Shown piece after piece: positions 17,402 through 26,505 of a stretch of DNA of 64,000 nt. The translations under genes and the position numbers were made by a program. The DNA is from an uncultured bacterium (GTDB taxonomy: Bacteria > Patescibacteriota > JAHJAL01). Position 1 is the stretch's first letter. Each line of letters starts with the position of its first letter. The DNA is taken from contig CALKWM010000009.1 of assembly GCA_938004065.1 (NCBI GenBank), positions 3,330 to 67,329 on the forward strand, read 5' to 3'. The notes under the pieces are model-generated. The model worked only from the letters and a program-made list of their open reading frames with translations, ran no database searches and was not told the DNA's origin.

Positions 17402-18298
17402 ATGACCGTAAATTTTATGGAGGAAACGATTTTATCCAGTCTGCAGATTGTTGACATGAAGGTCGGTCCCGACGATATGACTATGGAATTATGGCGAAAA
17501 AGCGAAAATCTGCTGGATTTAAGACAAATCACGTATTTGAGGTTTGATAAAAAAAACAAAATGCGTTTTTATGTCTTGGATTCCAAGAAAATTTTTTTTG
17601 TTTCAGGGGGCACGTTTAATTTTGAATTTATGAGAGAAAATCAAAATCAAACCAAAACCGTTTGCCAAGGCATTGTGCCTAAAGAATTTCAACCGGTTTT
17701 TGTACCCGAAATCGAAAATATGATAGTAAAAGTAACCTCTTGTCATGCTCCGGCCAAGATTTATATATTCGACGAAATTTGTTTATCAAATTACTACGAG
17801 TCGGCCGGATTACTAAATCTGATCGATGAAAAAACAGAAATCGACGGGGTATATTTGCAGAAATTTGAGGGGCAATCGAGCGGACCGTTCGAATTTGAAT
17901 TGCCAATACACCGCCAAAAGAATGGGTCTATTGTTCGTTCGACATTCACCCGGATTAATCCGGGTGAAATTTGTGGTTTTTTTGGTTCAGATCGCACGGA
18001 TCAATTTACCCAACTTTTTTTTGAAAAAGGTAAGTCCGTCGTGGTTTTGTTTGACAATCGAGAGCACTCTTCGACTTTTGGAAAAAAAATAATGCTTTCG
18101 GTTAATGGAACAAAAAACCCGAAGGTGATAACAATCCCATCCGGTGTGTTGTATGCCTATAAAAACATCGGGGAGTACCCAAATAGTATGCTAACAATTT
18201 CATCTCATGAAGATCGTGATGAGCTGAGAATCAAATATAATTCCCGCCGGATTGGTTTTGACTGGCATGAGTTGAAATTCAAGAAATGGTTTGTGTGA
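17402..18298 (+). CDS. Protein with a C-terminal RmlC-like cupin domain (dTDP-sugar 3,5-epimerase / ketoisomerase-like)
   Basis: The C-terminal STFGKKIMLSVNGTKNPKVITIPSGVLYAYKNIGEYPNSMLTISSHEDRDELRIKYNSRRIGFDW matches the RmlC/WxcM cupin core. The N-terminal ~150 aa have no match. Confidence 0.4.
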   Translation: MTVNFMEETILSSLQIVDMKVGPDDMTMELWRKSENLLDLRQITYLRFDKKNKMRFYVLDSKKIFFVSGGTFNFEFMRENQNQTKTVCQGIVPKEFQPVFVPEIENMIVKVTSCHAPAKIYIFDEICLSNYYESAGLLNLIDEKTEIDGVYLQKFEGQSSGPFEFELPIHRQKNGSIVRSTFTRINPGEICGFFGSDRTDQFTQLFFEKGKSVVVLFDNREHSSTFGKKIMLSVNGTKNPKVITIPSGVLYAYKNIGEYPNSMLTISSHEDRDELRIKYNSRRIGFDWHELKFKKWFV

Positions 18299-18452
18299 GA
18301 TAACAAACCAAAAAAAATGGCAGAGAAGTATTCGACAATACTTCTTTTTTTTAATAAAAATTTAATATCTAGATAAAAAAATATTAATACCGACTTTTTA
18401 TAATAGACATCGCATATTAAAAATTTATAAAAAGAAAGGTGTTGAGGAAAAA

Positions 18453-21400
18453 TTGTTCAAATTTAGGTTGCTACCTATGGTCATGGTAGTTTTTTTATTG
18501 ATTTCTACCGGTAACAAATCGGTTGCCGAAGAAGTCAAACTGGATGTTCCTTATCGCAACCAGATCACCAGTTATCCGAATTGGTGGAATAACTGGGCCA
18601 GTTGCGGTTATACCTGCATGATGATGAGCTTGTTGTACGCTGATGCAGTGCCGGAAAGTATGAGCGAATACGCATTGATTGAACAGATGAATAAACACTG
18701 CTCAACAACTTCCGCTGACGGGTCGATGTTTTACAACTGGACAAAAACCGATGATTTTTGCCAACAAGTTTTACCGGATTACAACTTGGATGTCAAATAT
18801 ATCGAGTCGGATTATGAAAACCAAATCAAAGATGAATTAAAAAAAGGCAATCCGGTGATAGTTGGCACGATGATATTTGGTGGATATGGACATGTAATTT
18901 TGATAGTTGGATATCGAGATGACAAATGGCTGGTACACGATCCGTTAAATCGCTGGGGCAAAGAGGTGGAACCGCCGAGCTGGTGGACCGAGGAGGCGGC
19001 ATACTGCGAATACCCGATTGAAAGTTTTTGCTGTTTGTATGGAGTGGTTATCACCAATGATTTTGCACGTAAATATGCAGCAAAAATCGTAGATCAGAGT
19101 CCGTCCGCTATCATTTATGATGAGGAAATGGCAATGCTCTGGGTGCGATATAAAAATACCGGGCGGGAGGATTGGGAGAAAGAAAATATCCACATCGGCA
19201 CAGTCAATCCCAATGATTGTGAATGTATTTTGAAAATTCAAAACCATCCGGAGAGTTATCGCTGGGTGGGAACAAATCGGGTCCAAATGGAACAAGCTGA
19301 AGTTGGCAGTGGTAATGAAGCGTTGTTTGGAATATCGGTATCGACAAATGGATTCAATGTTCCGATAGAAATATGCTTTCGAATGGTTTATGACGATGAA
19401 AATGAGGGGCAGTGGTTTGGACCGGTGGTAAGATGGGTGGTTGACTGCCGGCAAAGTGATATAGAGGAAAATGAAACGACTGATATTTCGTCATTGGCAG
19501 AGGGTGATGAGATCTATTATCATCGTGGTTCGGTGCACAATCATACTACCTGGTCGGATGGCTGCATCAATGTTGAGGGATTGTGCCGACAGGCACAAAA
19601 TGCCGGTTTGGAATACGTGGTAATTTCCGATCACAGTGATTATTTTGATAGTGAGCAAAAATTCCGCTGGTACGTCGATGACATCAATCAGAGCATGCAA
19701 AAAACCGGTCTTTGCGCGGTGGCCGGAATCGAGTATTCAATGCAAAATTACGCCGGACAGGTTTTGGAGGATACGCACGATGGTCGAATTCACATCCTGG
19801 GATTTGGTTACAACAAGGAAAAAGAAACGATAGTGCCACCATTTTTCCCTTGGAGCGAATGGGGGCCAAAGACAACAATCAAGCAACTGGTTGACTGGCA
19901 TTATCAGCATGGATTGCCGATAATAGTTTGTCATCCGGTGATTAGAGGCAATGATGGTTATAGTAGTGCTGAATTGATTAGAAATTGTCAATTTTGCGAT
20001 CCAACTCACGTAAGTACGGTTGAGATATTTGATATCGGCATGGACACCACAACCTGGGGATCAATTGCCGGTAAACTAATGTGGCCATTGATGGAAGATT
20101 TGGAAGGTATGAAGTTGTACAAGGATTACCTGTTTCCGGCCGGATGCGGAGTATCGGCTTGCAGTGATTATCATGGAGTGCCTAGCGATATGCAAAAACC
20201 GGAGGTTTTGGGCAATGAATTCTATCTGACGATTGACGATAATGGCAATGGTTGGATCGATCCGGGATGGGGAGAAAAATTCAAAATCAAAGTGGATCAA
20301 CAGTATATGCGTCTACTGCAATCAATGGACAGAGCCAAAACGACTTATGCCAGTGATTTTAACAGTGTAACAGTAAACGAAGTGGTGGCCGGTTTTGTCA
20401 ATAAACGCACTATCGCTTCTCGATATCATGAAAATTTAAATTTTCTAAAAATTAATGGTGCAGATTGGGCGCCGGGAATTTGGGCCAACAATGTAAAATG
20501 CGAAAATGATGTAAAAATTGAATTTCAAGTCCAGTTCCATGGAGAAACCGGAGTGTTGGATAAATTGAAAGAGGTGGGAATTGTTAGAAATGGAAAAACT
20601 GTTGCTGATCAAGCAGTAAAGTTGGACGATCAAGACCGACTAAATTTTTGTTATATCGATACGGATCTACCAAACGGAATTCACAAGTATTTTGTGGTAA
20701 TTTCCGGATTGGAGGCCAACGATCGGGCACAGGAAAGAATTATCACCAGTCCGATTTATGTCGAAGTAACTGATAAAAATTACAATGCGGAAGAGCCGGA
20801 GATATTGGAAGATGGAACTATGAGCATCCCGATATTTCGGGGTTTGATTCATTTGGGTGATTCAAACTATACCACGCCTTTAAATGTTGGTTTTGCCAAA
20901 AAATACGATGAGGGCAAGGTTGGCAGCTGGTATTTTGATCTGGATTTGGCAGAACTAGCCAATTACGATCAGGCGGTTTTAACCATGACGGTCAGGGGAG
21001 CGGAAAAACTGGATACGAGTTATTATGGTAACCCGATTGATATCAATGGAGTTCAAATTGCGGAATGTCTGGTTAAGGATGGGAATCTGGAAAACAATGG
21101 GAAATATCATTGTTATGTTGTCCCACGGGATTTGTTGTTGAATGGAAAAAATATCCTAATGATCCGATCGATGTCACATTTGATGGGTGGCCAAAGAATT
21201 GATTTTGACGACTTCGAGCTATCAGATATTAAAATACTTTTTACCGGCAATGTTGGAACCAATTTTACCGATGGAGCGATTCTGTCGGCCAAGATCAATG
21301 ATGAGCCGGCAAAATATGAATTGGCGGATAAAAAAGGATTCAGTGAGCAAGAGAAAGAAAAATCACAGGAAATGTATCAGGAATTTGTCCAAAAGGGTGG

Positions 21401-22079
21401 AAAAATTTATCCAAAGGATGATCCGGCTTATAATCAATTGGCACAGATCATGTCACCGATTGCCAGAAAGATGAATTTGTTTGAGCGATATGACGGTGAA
21501 GATTTTAAAGTAGCGATATTTGCCTCTCCGACTCTGGATCCGATTGTTTTGCCGGATGGGACTTTGTTGGTACCGGATGGACTGCTGAAATTGTACCATG
21601 AGGAATTACCCGAGTCATTTTTGTTTCCGATTTTGTCGCAAATGATTCAAGCCGATAAAGGAATTACTTATGAACAAACCAATCGAACTGATTGGTCGAT
21701 GGTTTTGGGTACAATTGGCCTGGTGGCGTCTCAATATACCGGTAGCGGAGGGGAGATTGTTCAAGCTATTGGTAGTGGACTGCTATTGGTGGCGGTGATC
21801 AATCTCAAGGTGGAGAGGGAGGATTATTTTATTTCCGACGCTTATGCCTTGGAAATGCTAAATCGATTGGACTTGGACTGTGATGATGCATTTAGTTTTG
21901 TGGACGCGATTAACACGATGCAGGTTAAAAACCCAAAAAAAATTGAACGATTTTATCTGTACGCACCCGAAGCAACCGAGCGTATGAAGGCATTGAGGTA
22001 TTATTTTTTACTGAAAGAGTGTTATTCTCTTCCCGTAAAACCGGAGGAAATTGATTGGGGAGAAGCGCTGGAAAAATAA
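18453..22079 (+). CDS. Giant secreted multidomain protein with an N-terminal C39-like papain-fold peptidase domain and a PHP-family phosphoesterase domain
   Basis: 1208 aa. Signal peptide MFKFRLLPMVMVVFLLISTG. The Cys motif ASCGYTCMMMSLLYA plus His in GGYGHVILIVGYRDDKWLVHDP give the Cys/His/Asp arrangement of C39-like peptidases. HRGSVHNHTTWSDGCINVEGL..YVVISDHSDY is a PHP-domain metal-binding signature. The C-terminal ~600 aa are uncharacterised. Confidence 0.5.
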   Translation: MFKFRLLPMVMVVFLLISTGNKSVAEEVKLDVPYRNQITSYPNWWNNWASCGYTCMMMSLLYADAVPESMSEYALIEQMNKHCSTTSADGSMFYNWTKTDDFCQQVLPDYNLDVKYIESDYENQIKDELKKGNPVIVGTMIFGGYGHVILIVGYRDDKWLVHDPLNRWGKEVEPPSWWTEEAAYCEYPIESFCCLYGVVITNDFARKYAAKIVDQSPSAIIYDEEMAMLWVRYKNTGREDWEKENIHIGTVNPNDCECILKIQNHPESYRWVGTNRVQMEQAEVGSGNEALFGISVSTNGFNVPIEICFRMVYDDENEGQWFGPVVRWVVDCRQSDIEENETTDISSLAEGDEIYYHRGSVHNHTTWSDGCINVEGLCRQAQNAGLEYVVISDHSDYFDSEQKFRWYVDDINQSMQKTGLCAVAGIEYSMQNYAGQVLEDTHDGRIHILGFGYNKEKETIVPPFFPWSEWGPKTTIKQLVDWHYQHGLPIIVCHPVIRGNDGYSSAELIRNCQFCDPTHVSTVEIFDIGMDTTTWGSIAGKLMWPLMEDLEGMKLYKDYLFPAGCGVSACSDYHGVPSDMQKPEVLGNEFYLTIDDNGNGWIDPGWGEKFKIKVDQQYMRLLQSMDRAKTTYASDFNSVTVNEVVAGFVNKRTIASRYHENLNFLKINGADWAPGIWANNVKCENDVKIEFQVQFHGETGVLDKLKEVGIVRNGKTVADQAVKLDDQDRLNFCYIDTDLPNGIHKYFVVISGLEANDRAQERIITSPIYVEVTDKNYNAEEPEILEDGTMSIPIFRGLIHLGDSNYTTPLNVGFAKKYDEGKVGSWYFDLDLAELANYDQAVLTMTVRGAEKLDTSYYGNPIDINGVQIAECLVKDGNLENNGKYHCYVVPRDLLLNGKNILMIRSMSHLMGGQRIDFDDFELSDIKILFTGNVGTNFTDGAILSAKINDEPAKYELADKKGFSEQEKEKSQEMYQEFVQKGGKIYPKDDPAYNQLAQIMSPIARKMNLFERYDGEDFKVAIFASPTLDPIVLPDGTLLVPDGLLKLYHEELPESFLFPILSQMIQADKGITYEQTNRTDWSMVLGTIGLVASQYTGSGGEIVQAIGSGLLLVAVINLKVEREDYFISDAYALEMLNRLDLDCDDAFSFVDAINTMQVKNPKKIERFYLYAPEATERMKALRYYFLLKECYSLPVKPEEIDWGEALEK

Positions 22080-22439
22080 AAGAAGAAAATAAAATATTTT
22101 AAGAAATGTTATCGCTGAAATTGAAGTGATCCGCTGATTCAGTGGAGAGCGCTCAATTATCAGGGGTCTAATTTGCAATATCAAAATTATCGTTTTAAAA
22201 ATTTTCTAACCGGAATATTCTAATATGTTCCGGTTTTGTAAACTATAGCAAATGATGTTATGAAAATGGTTAAATGGCTAAATTGTTGTATGTTTACAAT
22301 TTTAAATTGGAGATTGGAAATTAATTACATATTGGATATTGATTATTGGATATTGATACTTCCATATTGATCACCCGATTGAAATCCTCCATCTGATTGG
22401 GTTATAATTTATTATGTTACTATTTAAATATTTTTAACC

Positions 22440-23012
22440 ATGATTGAAATATTTTGGGAAGGAAATTCAGCTATCAGAATTGAATCAAAAGATTTAAAAT
22501 TGGGTATCAATCCCAAGAAATCGGATGATTTAAACTTGATCTTGTCGACCGGCAAAAAAAGTTATAAAATCGGGGAAAATCAGTTTTTAATCGATACGCC
22601 GGGTGAGTACGAGGCAAAATCCGCGGTGGTATATGCGATGGTGGATGAGGAAGGACACAAAACCAAGGCAATGCAGATAATTTTTAACGAAATTTCCATG
22701 TTTTACTGCGACAATCTGGATTTTATGCCGGTTGACGATCAGTTGGATGATATGGGTACTATTGATATCGCTTTTATCCCGATGTCGGTGGACAAAGAAA
22801 AAGAAAAGCATATCCAGAAACTTGCCGAAGCGATTGAACCACGAGTGATTATCCCATTGGCGGCAGACGACGACACTTCTGCCGAGGCCTGTTCAATGCT
22901 GGCCAAAACTTTGGGATTGAAATGCGAGCCGGCGATTAAAAGTTACAAGATAAAAAATCGGAGTATTTTACCTGACGAAGAGCAGTTGTTTGTGAGTTTG
23001 GAGAAAAAATAA
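22440..23012 (+). CDS. Hypothetical protein (possible degenerate MBL-fold-like)
   Basis: 190 aa. N-terminus IEIFWEGNSAIRIESKDLKLGINP resembles the first strands of small MBL-fold hydrolases but lacks the HxHxDH motif. Confidence 0.3.
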   Translation: MIEIFWEGNSAIRIESKDLKLGINPKKSDDLNLILSTGKKSYKIGENQFLIDTPGEYEAKSAVVYAMVDEEGHKTKAMQIIFNEISMFYCDNLDFMPVDDQLDDMGTIDIAFIPMSVDKEKEKHIQKLAEAIEPRVIIPLAADDDTSAEACSMLAKTLGLKCEPAIKSYKIKNRSILPDEEQLFVSLEKK

Positions 23013-23239
23013 TATTTTTAAATTGTCATAGAAGAACCTGAAAGCCCTTTACGGCACTTCAAGTGATTCAGGATTTCAAAATTATTATATTGTAATATTG
23101 TGAATTTTGTTTTTTTATCTCCAAAAATTAGGTGCGAAGCAACCATATTTTTGGAGAAAGAGGAGGAGCCATTCGACTCAAGTGAAGCGGAAGGCGGTCA
23201 TACCGGCTTACGCGTAGCGGGGAGAATGCGCGACGATGT

Positions 23240-23323
23240 GGGCGAGTGGCGGAACTGGTAGACGCAAGGGACTTAAAATCCCTCGGTAGCAATACTGTGC
23301 GAGTTCGATTCTCGCCTCGCCCA
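23240..23323 (+). tRNA. tRNA-Leu (anticodon UAA), class II with a long variable arm
   Basis: Acceptor stem GGGCGAG/CTCGCCC, discriminator A, anticodon arm AGGGA-CTTAAAA-TCCCT (U33, anticodon TAA, A37), a 15-nt variable arm and T arm GCGAG-TTCGATT-CTCGC. CCA is not encoded. Confidence 0.85.
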
Positions 23324-23433
23324 TTTGGAAAGAAATATGCGCCCAAGGCGCACCCGCCTATTGGCGGGAGAAGTAAGAATTAAGAAGTAAGTAATAAGAA
23401 AAACCCGTTTGATTCGGGTTTTGCTGTTTGTAG

Positions 23434-23462
23434 GGGCGGGTTTGTAACCCGCCCGTTTTTTT
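23434..23462 (+). terminator. Rho-independent terminator downstream of tRNA-Leu
   Basis: 9-bp GC stem ggggcgggtt/aacccgccc with a tgt loop, followed by T7. A weaker hairpin aaacccg-tttgatt-cgggttt precedes it at 23402-23422. Confidence 0.6.
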
Positions 23463-23750
23463 ACTTGAAATTTACATTTTGTGTAGGGGCAATTCATGCC
23501 TGCCAGCCATGGCGGGTATTGATCTTACGGAATTTTATTTGAGAGAGACTGATGAGTCGCTCTTACACTATGATGTTTTTTCTTAAAAAAATCTGATTTG
23601 ATAAGTTGGTTGTGATTCATAAAAAAGATTTTATGTTATTTCTTATGACTTATTATAAGACGAATTATTTGATTATAAGTACTAATAATAAATTTCCATT
23701 TGGTACTAGGTGTTATATAATGAGTATGTAAGATCAATAATATCAAAAAT

Positions 23751-23969
23751 ATGACATATCGATTTACAACAATTATCAAACTAGAAGACAAATGGTATGT
23801 GGCCAGATGTTTGGAATTGGGGGTAGTTAGCCAAGGAAAAACAGTTGAAGATGCTCAAAAAAATCTAAAAGAAGCAGTAGAATTGTTTTTGGAGGATGAA
23901 CCGAATCCGAAGAAATATTTGACAAAATCATATCCGATTGTCACTACTATGGAATTAAATAATGTCTAA
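23751..23969 (+). CDS. hicB: HicB-family antitoxin (short UPF0150 type lacking a DNA-binding domain)
   Basis: 72 aa. MTYRFTTIIKLEDKWYVARCLELGVVSQGKTVEDAQKNLKEAVELFLED matches the HicB N-domain consensus (Y.a.ie.e.gGy.a..PelPGc.sqG.T.EEA..n.kEA.el.le). Confidence 0.75.
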   Translation: MTYRFTTIIKLEDKWYVARCLELGVVSQGKTVEDAQKNLKEAVELFLEDEPNPKKYLTKSYPIVTTMELNNV

Positions 23970-23984
23970 TACATGTTCGGGAAA

Positions 23985-24186
23985 ATGGCTGTGAAAATAT
24001 TGTGCCGATATTTCGGTTTTTATGTAGTTTCTTAAAAAAGGTAGCAATGTAAAACTAAGAGTAAAGAAGGGAAATAAAAGCATTACTACAATAGTTCCAC
24101 AACACCGGGAATTAGCTAAAGGCACTCTTGATGGGGTATTAGAGTTAGCTGCTGTAGATTTCATAGAATTTCGTAAATATATTTAG
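23985..24186 (+). pseudogene. hicA: hicA toxin gene interrupted by a +1/-1 frameshift at an A6 homopolymer (24034-24039)
   Basis: Frame 0 gives MAVKILCRYFGFYVVS* (23985-24035). The overlapping next frame gives LKKGSNVKLRVKKGNKSITTIVPQHRELAKGTLDGVLELAAVDFIEFRKYI* (to 24186). Joined, they align with E. coli HicA (..GSNHLKLRFHGRRSVMPRHP..IKEPLRKAILKQLGL). Confidence 0.6.
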
Positions 24187-24315
24187 AATTATTATGATTT
24201 AATAAAATTACAAGTTAATTGACTTGTTTTTTGTAATCCCCTATTGCTATCTAGTACATTTCACGGTACACTTTAGACCGTCTAGTTATTATTTTTTAAA
24301 TAAAAGAAAATTATT

Positions 24316-25059
24316 ATGGGAAGATTTAATGATAGAAGATCAGGCGGTGGCAATCGTAGTTTTGGTGGTGGAGGCAATCGTCGATTTGGTGGAGGCGGTC
24401 GCGACAGAGACGAAAGACCACGTATGTTTGGCGCGATTTGCTCAGATTGTGGAAAAGAGTGTGAAGTTCCATTCAAACCAACCGACTCCAAACCGGTTTA
24501 TTGCAGTGAGTGCTTTGAATCAGGCAATAACCGTGAAAACAGACGAAATGATCGCGGTGACAGACGTGGTGGTGATAGAGGTGGATTTGGCGGAAGACGG
24601 GATCGAGGCGATAGACAACAGTATGACGCGATATGCGACGGATGCGGGCAAAATTGCCAGGTACCATTTAAACCAACCAGTGGAAAGCCGGTCTATTGTG
24701 ATGATTGCTTTTCCAAAGACCGCAAGGACAACCGCTTGAATCAAAAGAAATCCGGTAGTAATAACGGAGATCTAAAGCGAGAAATTGATATGATAAATAT
24801 CAAATTGGATACGATTATGGCGTTGTTAACCGGAAAAGAAGCAGGAAACAAGAATCAAGAAGCAAGAAGTTTTAACAAGAAAAATACTGTGAAGGAGAAA
24901 ATAGTAGAAATAGTCGAAAAAATGCCCGTTGATAAAAAAAATAAGAAAATAACGAAAGCCAAGAAATCAGTTAAAAATGACAAAGCTACAAAATCCAAGA
25001 CCAGCAAGAAAGTGGGGAAAGTGAAAAAAGTTGCTAAAAAGGCGAAAGCAAAGAAGTAA
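24316..25059 (+). CDS. RGG/Gly-Arg-rich protein with duplicated CxxCG-x4-VPFKP-x4-KPVYCxxCF zinc ribbons and a Lys-rich histone-H1-like C-terminal tail. Putative nucleic-acid binder
   Basis: 247 aa. N-terminal GGGNRxFGGGG repeats. Two copies of CxDCGKECEVPFKPTDSKPVYCSECF / CDGCGQNCQVPFKPTSGKPVYCDDCF. The C-terminus is KKxKxxKKAKAKK. Confidence 0.55.
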   Translation: MGRFNDRRSGGGNRSFGGGGNRRFGGGGRDRDERPRMFGAICSDCGKECEVPFKPTDSKPVYCSECFESGNNRENRRNDRGDRRGGDRGGFGGRRDRGDRQQYDAICDGCGQNCQVPFKPTSGKPVYCDDCFSKDRKDNRLNQKKSGSNNGDLKREIDMINIKLDTIMALLTGKEAGNKNQEARSFNKKNTVKEKIVEIVEKMPVDKKNKKITKAKKSVKNDKATKSKTSKKVGKVKKVAKKAKAKK

Positions 25060-25123
25060 TTATTGTAAGTTTATTGTTTGGAAAGTTTGATATGTTTGAT
25101 TAAAGTTTGAACAAGTTTGTCTC

Positions 25124-25375
25124 ATGTGGTTTGTTTATATCTTAAAATGTGTTGATAATACGCTTTATACCGGTATTACCAATGATTTGGAGAAGAGATT
25201 ACAAGCGCACAATGATGGTACCGGGGCCAAATATACGCGTGGGAGACGGCCGGTGGAGGTGGTTTTCAAGCAGGAATTTTATTCCAAATCGGACGCGATA
25301 AAAGAGGAGATGCGGATCAAGAAGTTGAACAGGTGTGAAAAATTGATTTTGCTCAAAGAAAACAGGCACATGTAA
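25124..25375 (+). CDS. GIY-YIG nuclease family protein (UPF0213-like)
   Basis: 83 aa. MWFVYILKCVDNTLYTGITNDLEKRLQAHNDGTGAKYTRGRRPVEVV is a canonical GIY-YIG motif. Confidence 0.85.
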   Translation: MWFVYILKCVDNTLYTGITNDLEKRLQAHNDGTGAKYTRGRRPVEVVFKQEFYSKSDAIKEEMRIKKLNRCEKLILLKENRHM

Positions 25376-25402
25376 TAGGTGCCTGTTTTTAAAATTTGCA
25401 TT

Positions 25403-26107
25403 TTAATGAATAAATTTGCTGCACATTTGGAAAATACAATTTGCAGCAATTTGAATAAGCAGACTCTCAGTGTTTCTGCCTTCCCATTTTCTAATTAAGC
25501 CCAATTTTATAAACAACTTTTGTTGCCATTTATTTTTTTGGGCCGGTTGTTGGATTTGATACCATATTAAAAAAGGACAAATCCAAAATAGAATTTTTTG
25601 GAAATTTTGGAATTTCCCTGTGTTTCTAACATGATTATCTACTCTATCAGCTGACAAACATGTAATCTTAACTCTATTGGTAATTCCAAATAGCGCCAGC
25701 AGATTCCACCATAACCCCAGCCAAAATCCGATTGCTTTGGCTTTGGGGTTGTGGAGTTGATCGGAGAAAAAAGTGAATTCCACAGAATTGCGTTTTGCTT
25801 TTTGCAAAGCAAAATAAAAATTCTGGGGAGTATTAACACCATCCTCGATCAGTTTGATAGAAAACCGTCGGTCCGGTATAGTTTTTTTAACTTCAGAGCA
25901 AAAAAATTCTTCCACACTTTTGGCTTCCGAGATTTCCTGTTCCGGTTTTGTCTTTCCACCATTTAAATAAATTGAATCTAATGATTTATTCATAATTTTT
26001 ATCTTAGATATGCAATTTTTTAAATAGTTCTTGTAATTTTCATCCATGGAGTGCAATACTCCATATAAATTGATTACGATTACTTTTTTTTGCAACCGTT
26101 CCACCAC
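25403..26107 (-). CDS. Hypothetical protein
   Basis: 234-aa ORF. The C-terminal half is hydrophobic/aromatic. No motif. Confidence 0.3.
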   Translation of the reverse strand: MVERLQKKVIVINLYGVLHSMDENYKNYLKNCISKIKIMNKSLDSIYLNGGKTKPEQEISEAKSVEEFFCSEVKKTIPDRRFSIKLIEDGVNTPQNFYFALQKAKRNSVEFTFFSDQLHNPKAKAIGFWLGLWWNLLALFGITNRVKITCLSADRVDNHVRNTGKFQNFQKILFWICPFLIWYQIQQPAQKNKWQQKLFIKLGLIRKWEGRNTESLLIQIAANCIFQMCSKFIH

Positions 26108-26505
26108 CTTCCAATTTTTTCAACCACGGTAGTTTTTAAGTCACCGAGGTAGTAAAAAGAAATCATCCCAATGGTGCCACATGCTATCACCGGTGTCAAA
26201 ACCATTAAAACAAAGATAAATGCGAAATCTTCCCAAGTGTAATTATCTTTGCTCTCGCCAAACATCCAGTTGTGGCTTTTGTCTTTGTGATAAGTTTCGC
26301 CACAGACGCATGTGACCCAATATCGGTGGTACAGATCATCGATATATGTCGATAAATCCTCCACCTTTACGGAAGTATATTCACCCGAACTACACTTCGG
26401 ACATTTGATTTTCGGAGAAATGGAATTAGAAAAATCAAATAGAGCAGTTGCTTTGCTATATGCTTCTAATTCTTTTTCTTTTTGTAACTGATTGTGGTGA
26501 TACAT
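26080..26505 (-). CDS. Hypothetical protein with a Cys4 zinc-ribbon-like motif and a C-terminal TM helix
   Basis: 141 aa. CPKCSSGEY...CVCGETYH, then a hydrophobic segment FIFVLMVLTPVIACGTIGMISFYYLG. Confidence 0.35.
   Translation of the reverse strand: MYHHNQLQKEKELEAYSKATALFDFSNSISPKIKCPKCSSGEYTSVKVEDLSTYIDDLYHRYWVTCVCGETYHKDKSHNWMFGESKDNYTWEDFAFIFVLMVLTPVIACGTIGMISFYYLGDLKTTVVEKIGRWWNGCKKK

Noticed and set aside
23128-23497. Two minus-strand ORFs (23128-23346, 23273-23497) overlapping the tRNA-Leu gene and its terminator
   Set aside because: They run antisense through a well-formed tRNA and GC-rich terminator hairpins. Arg/Pro/Ser-rich translations are typical of spurious ORFs in GC-rich structured RNA regions
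24224-24739. 171-aa plus-strand ORF in an alternate frame of the RGG/zinc-ribbon gene
   Set aside because: It is wholly contained in the 24316-25059 gene, which has clear repeated Cys4 motifs. The alternate frame is open only because of the GC-rich repetitive codons
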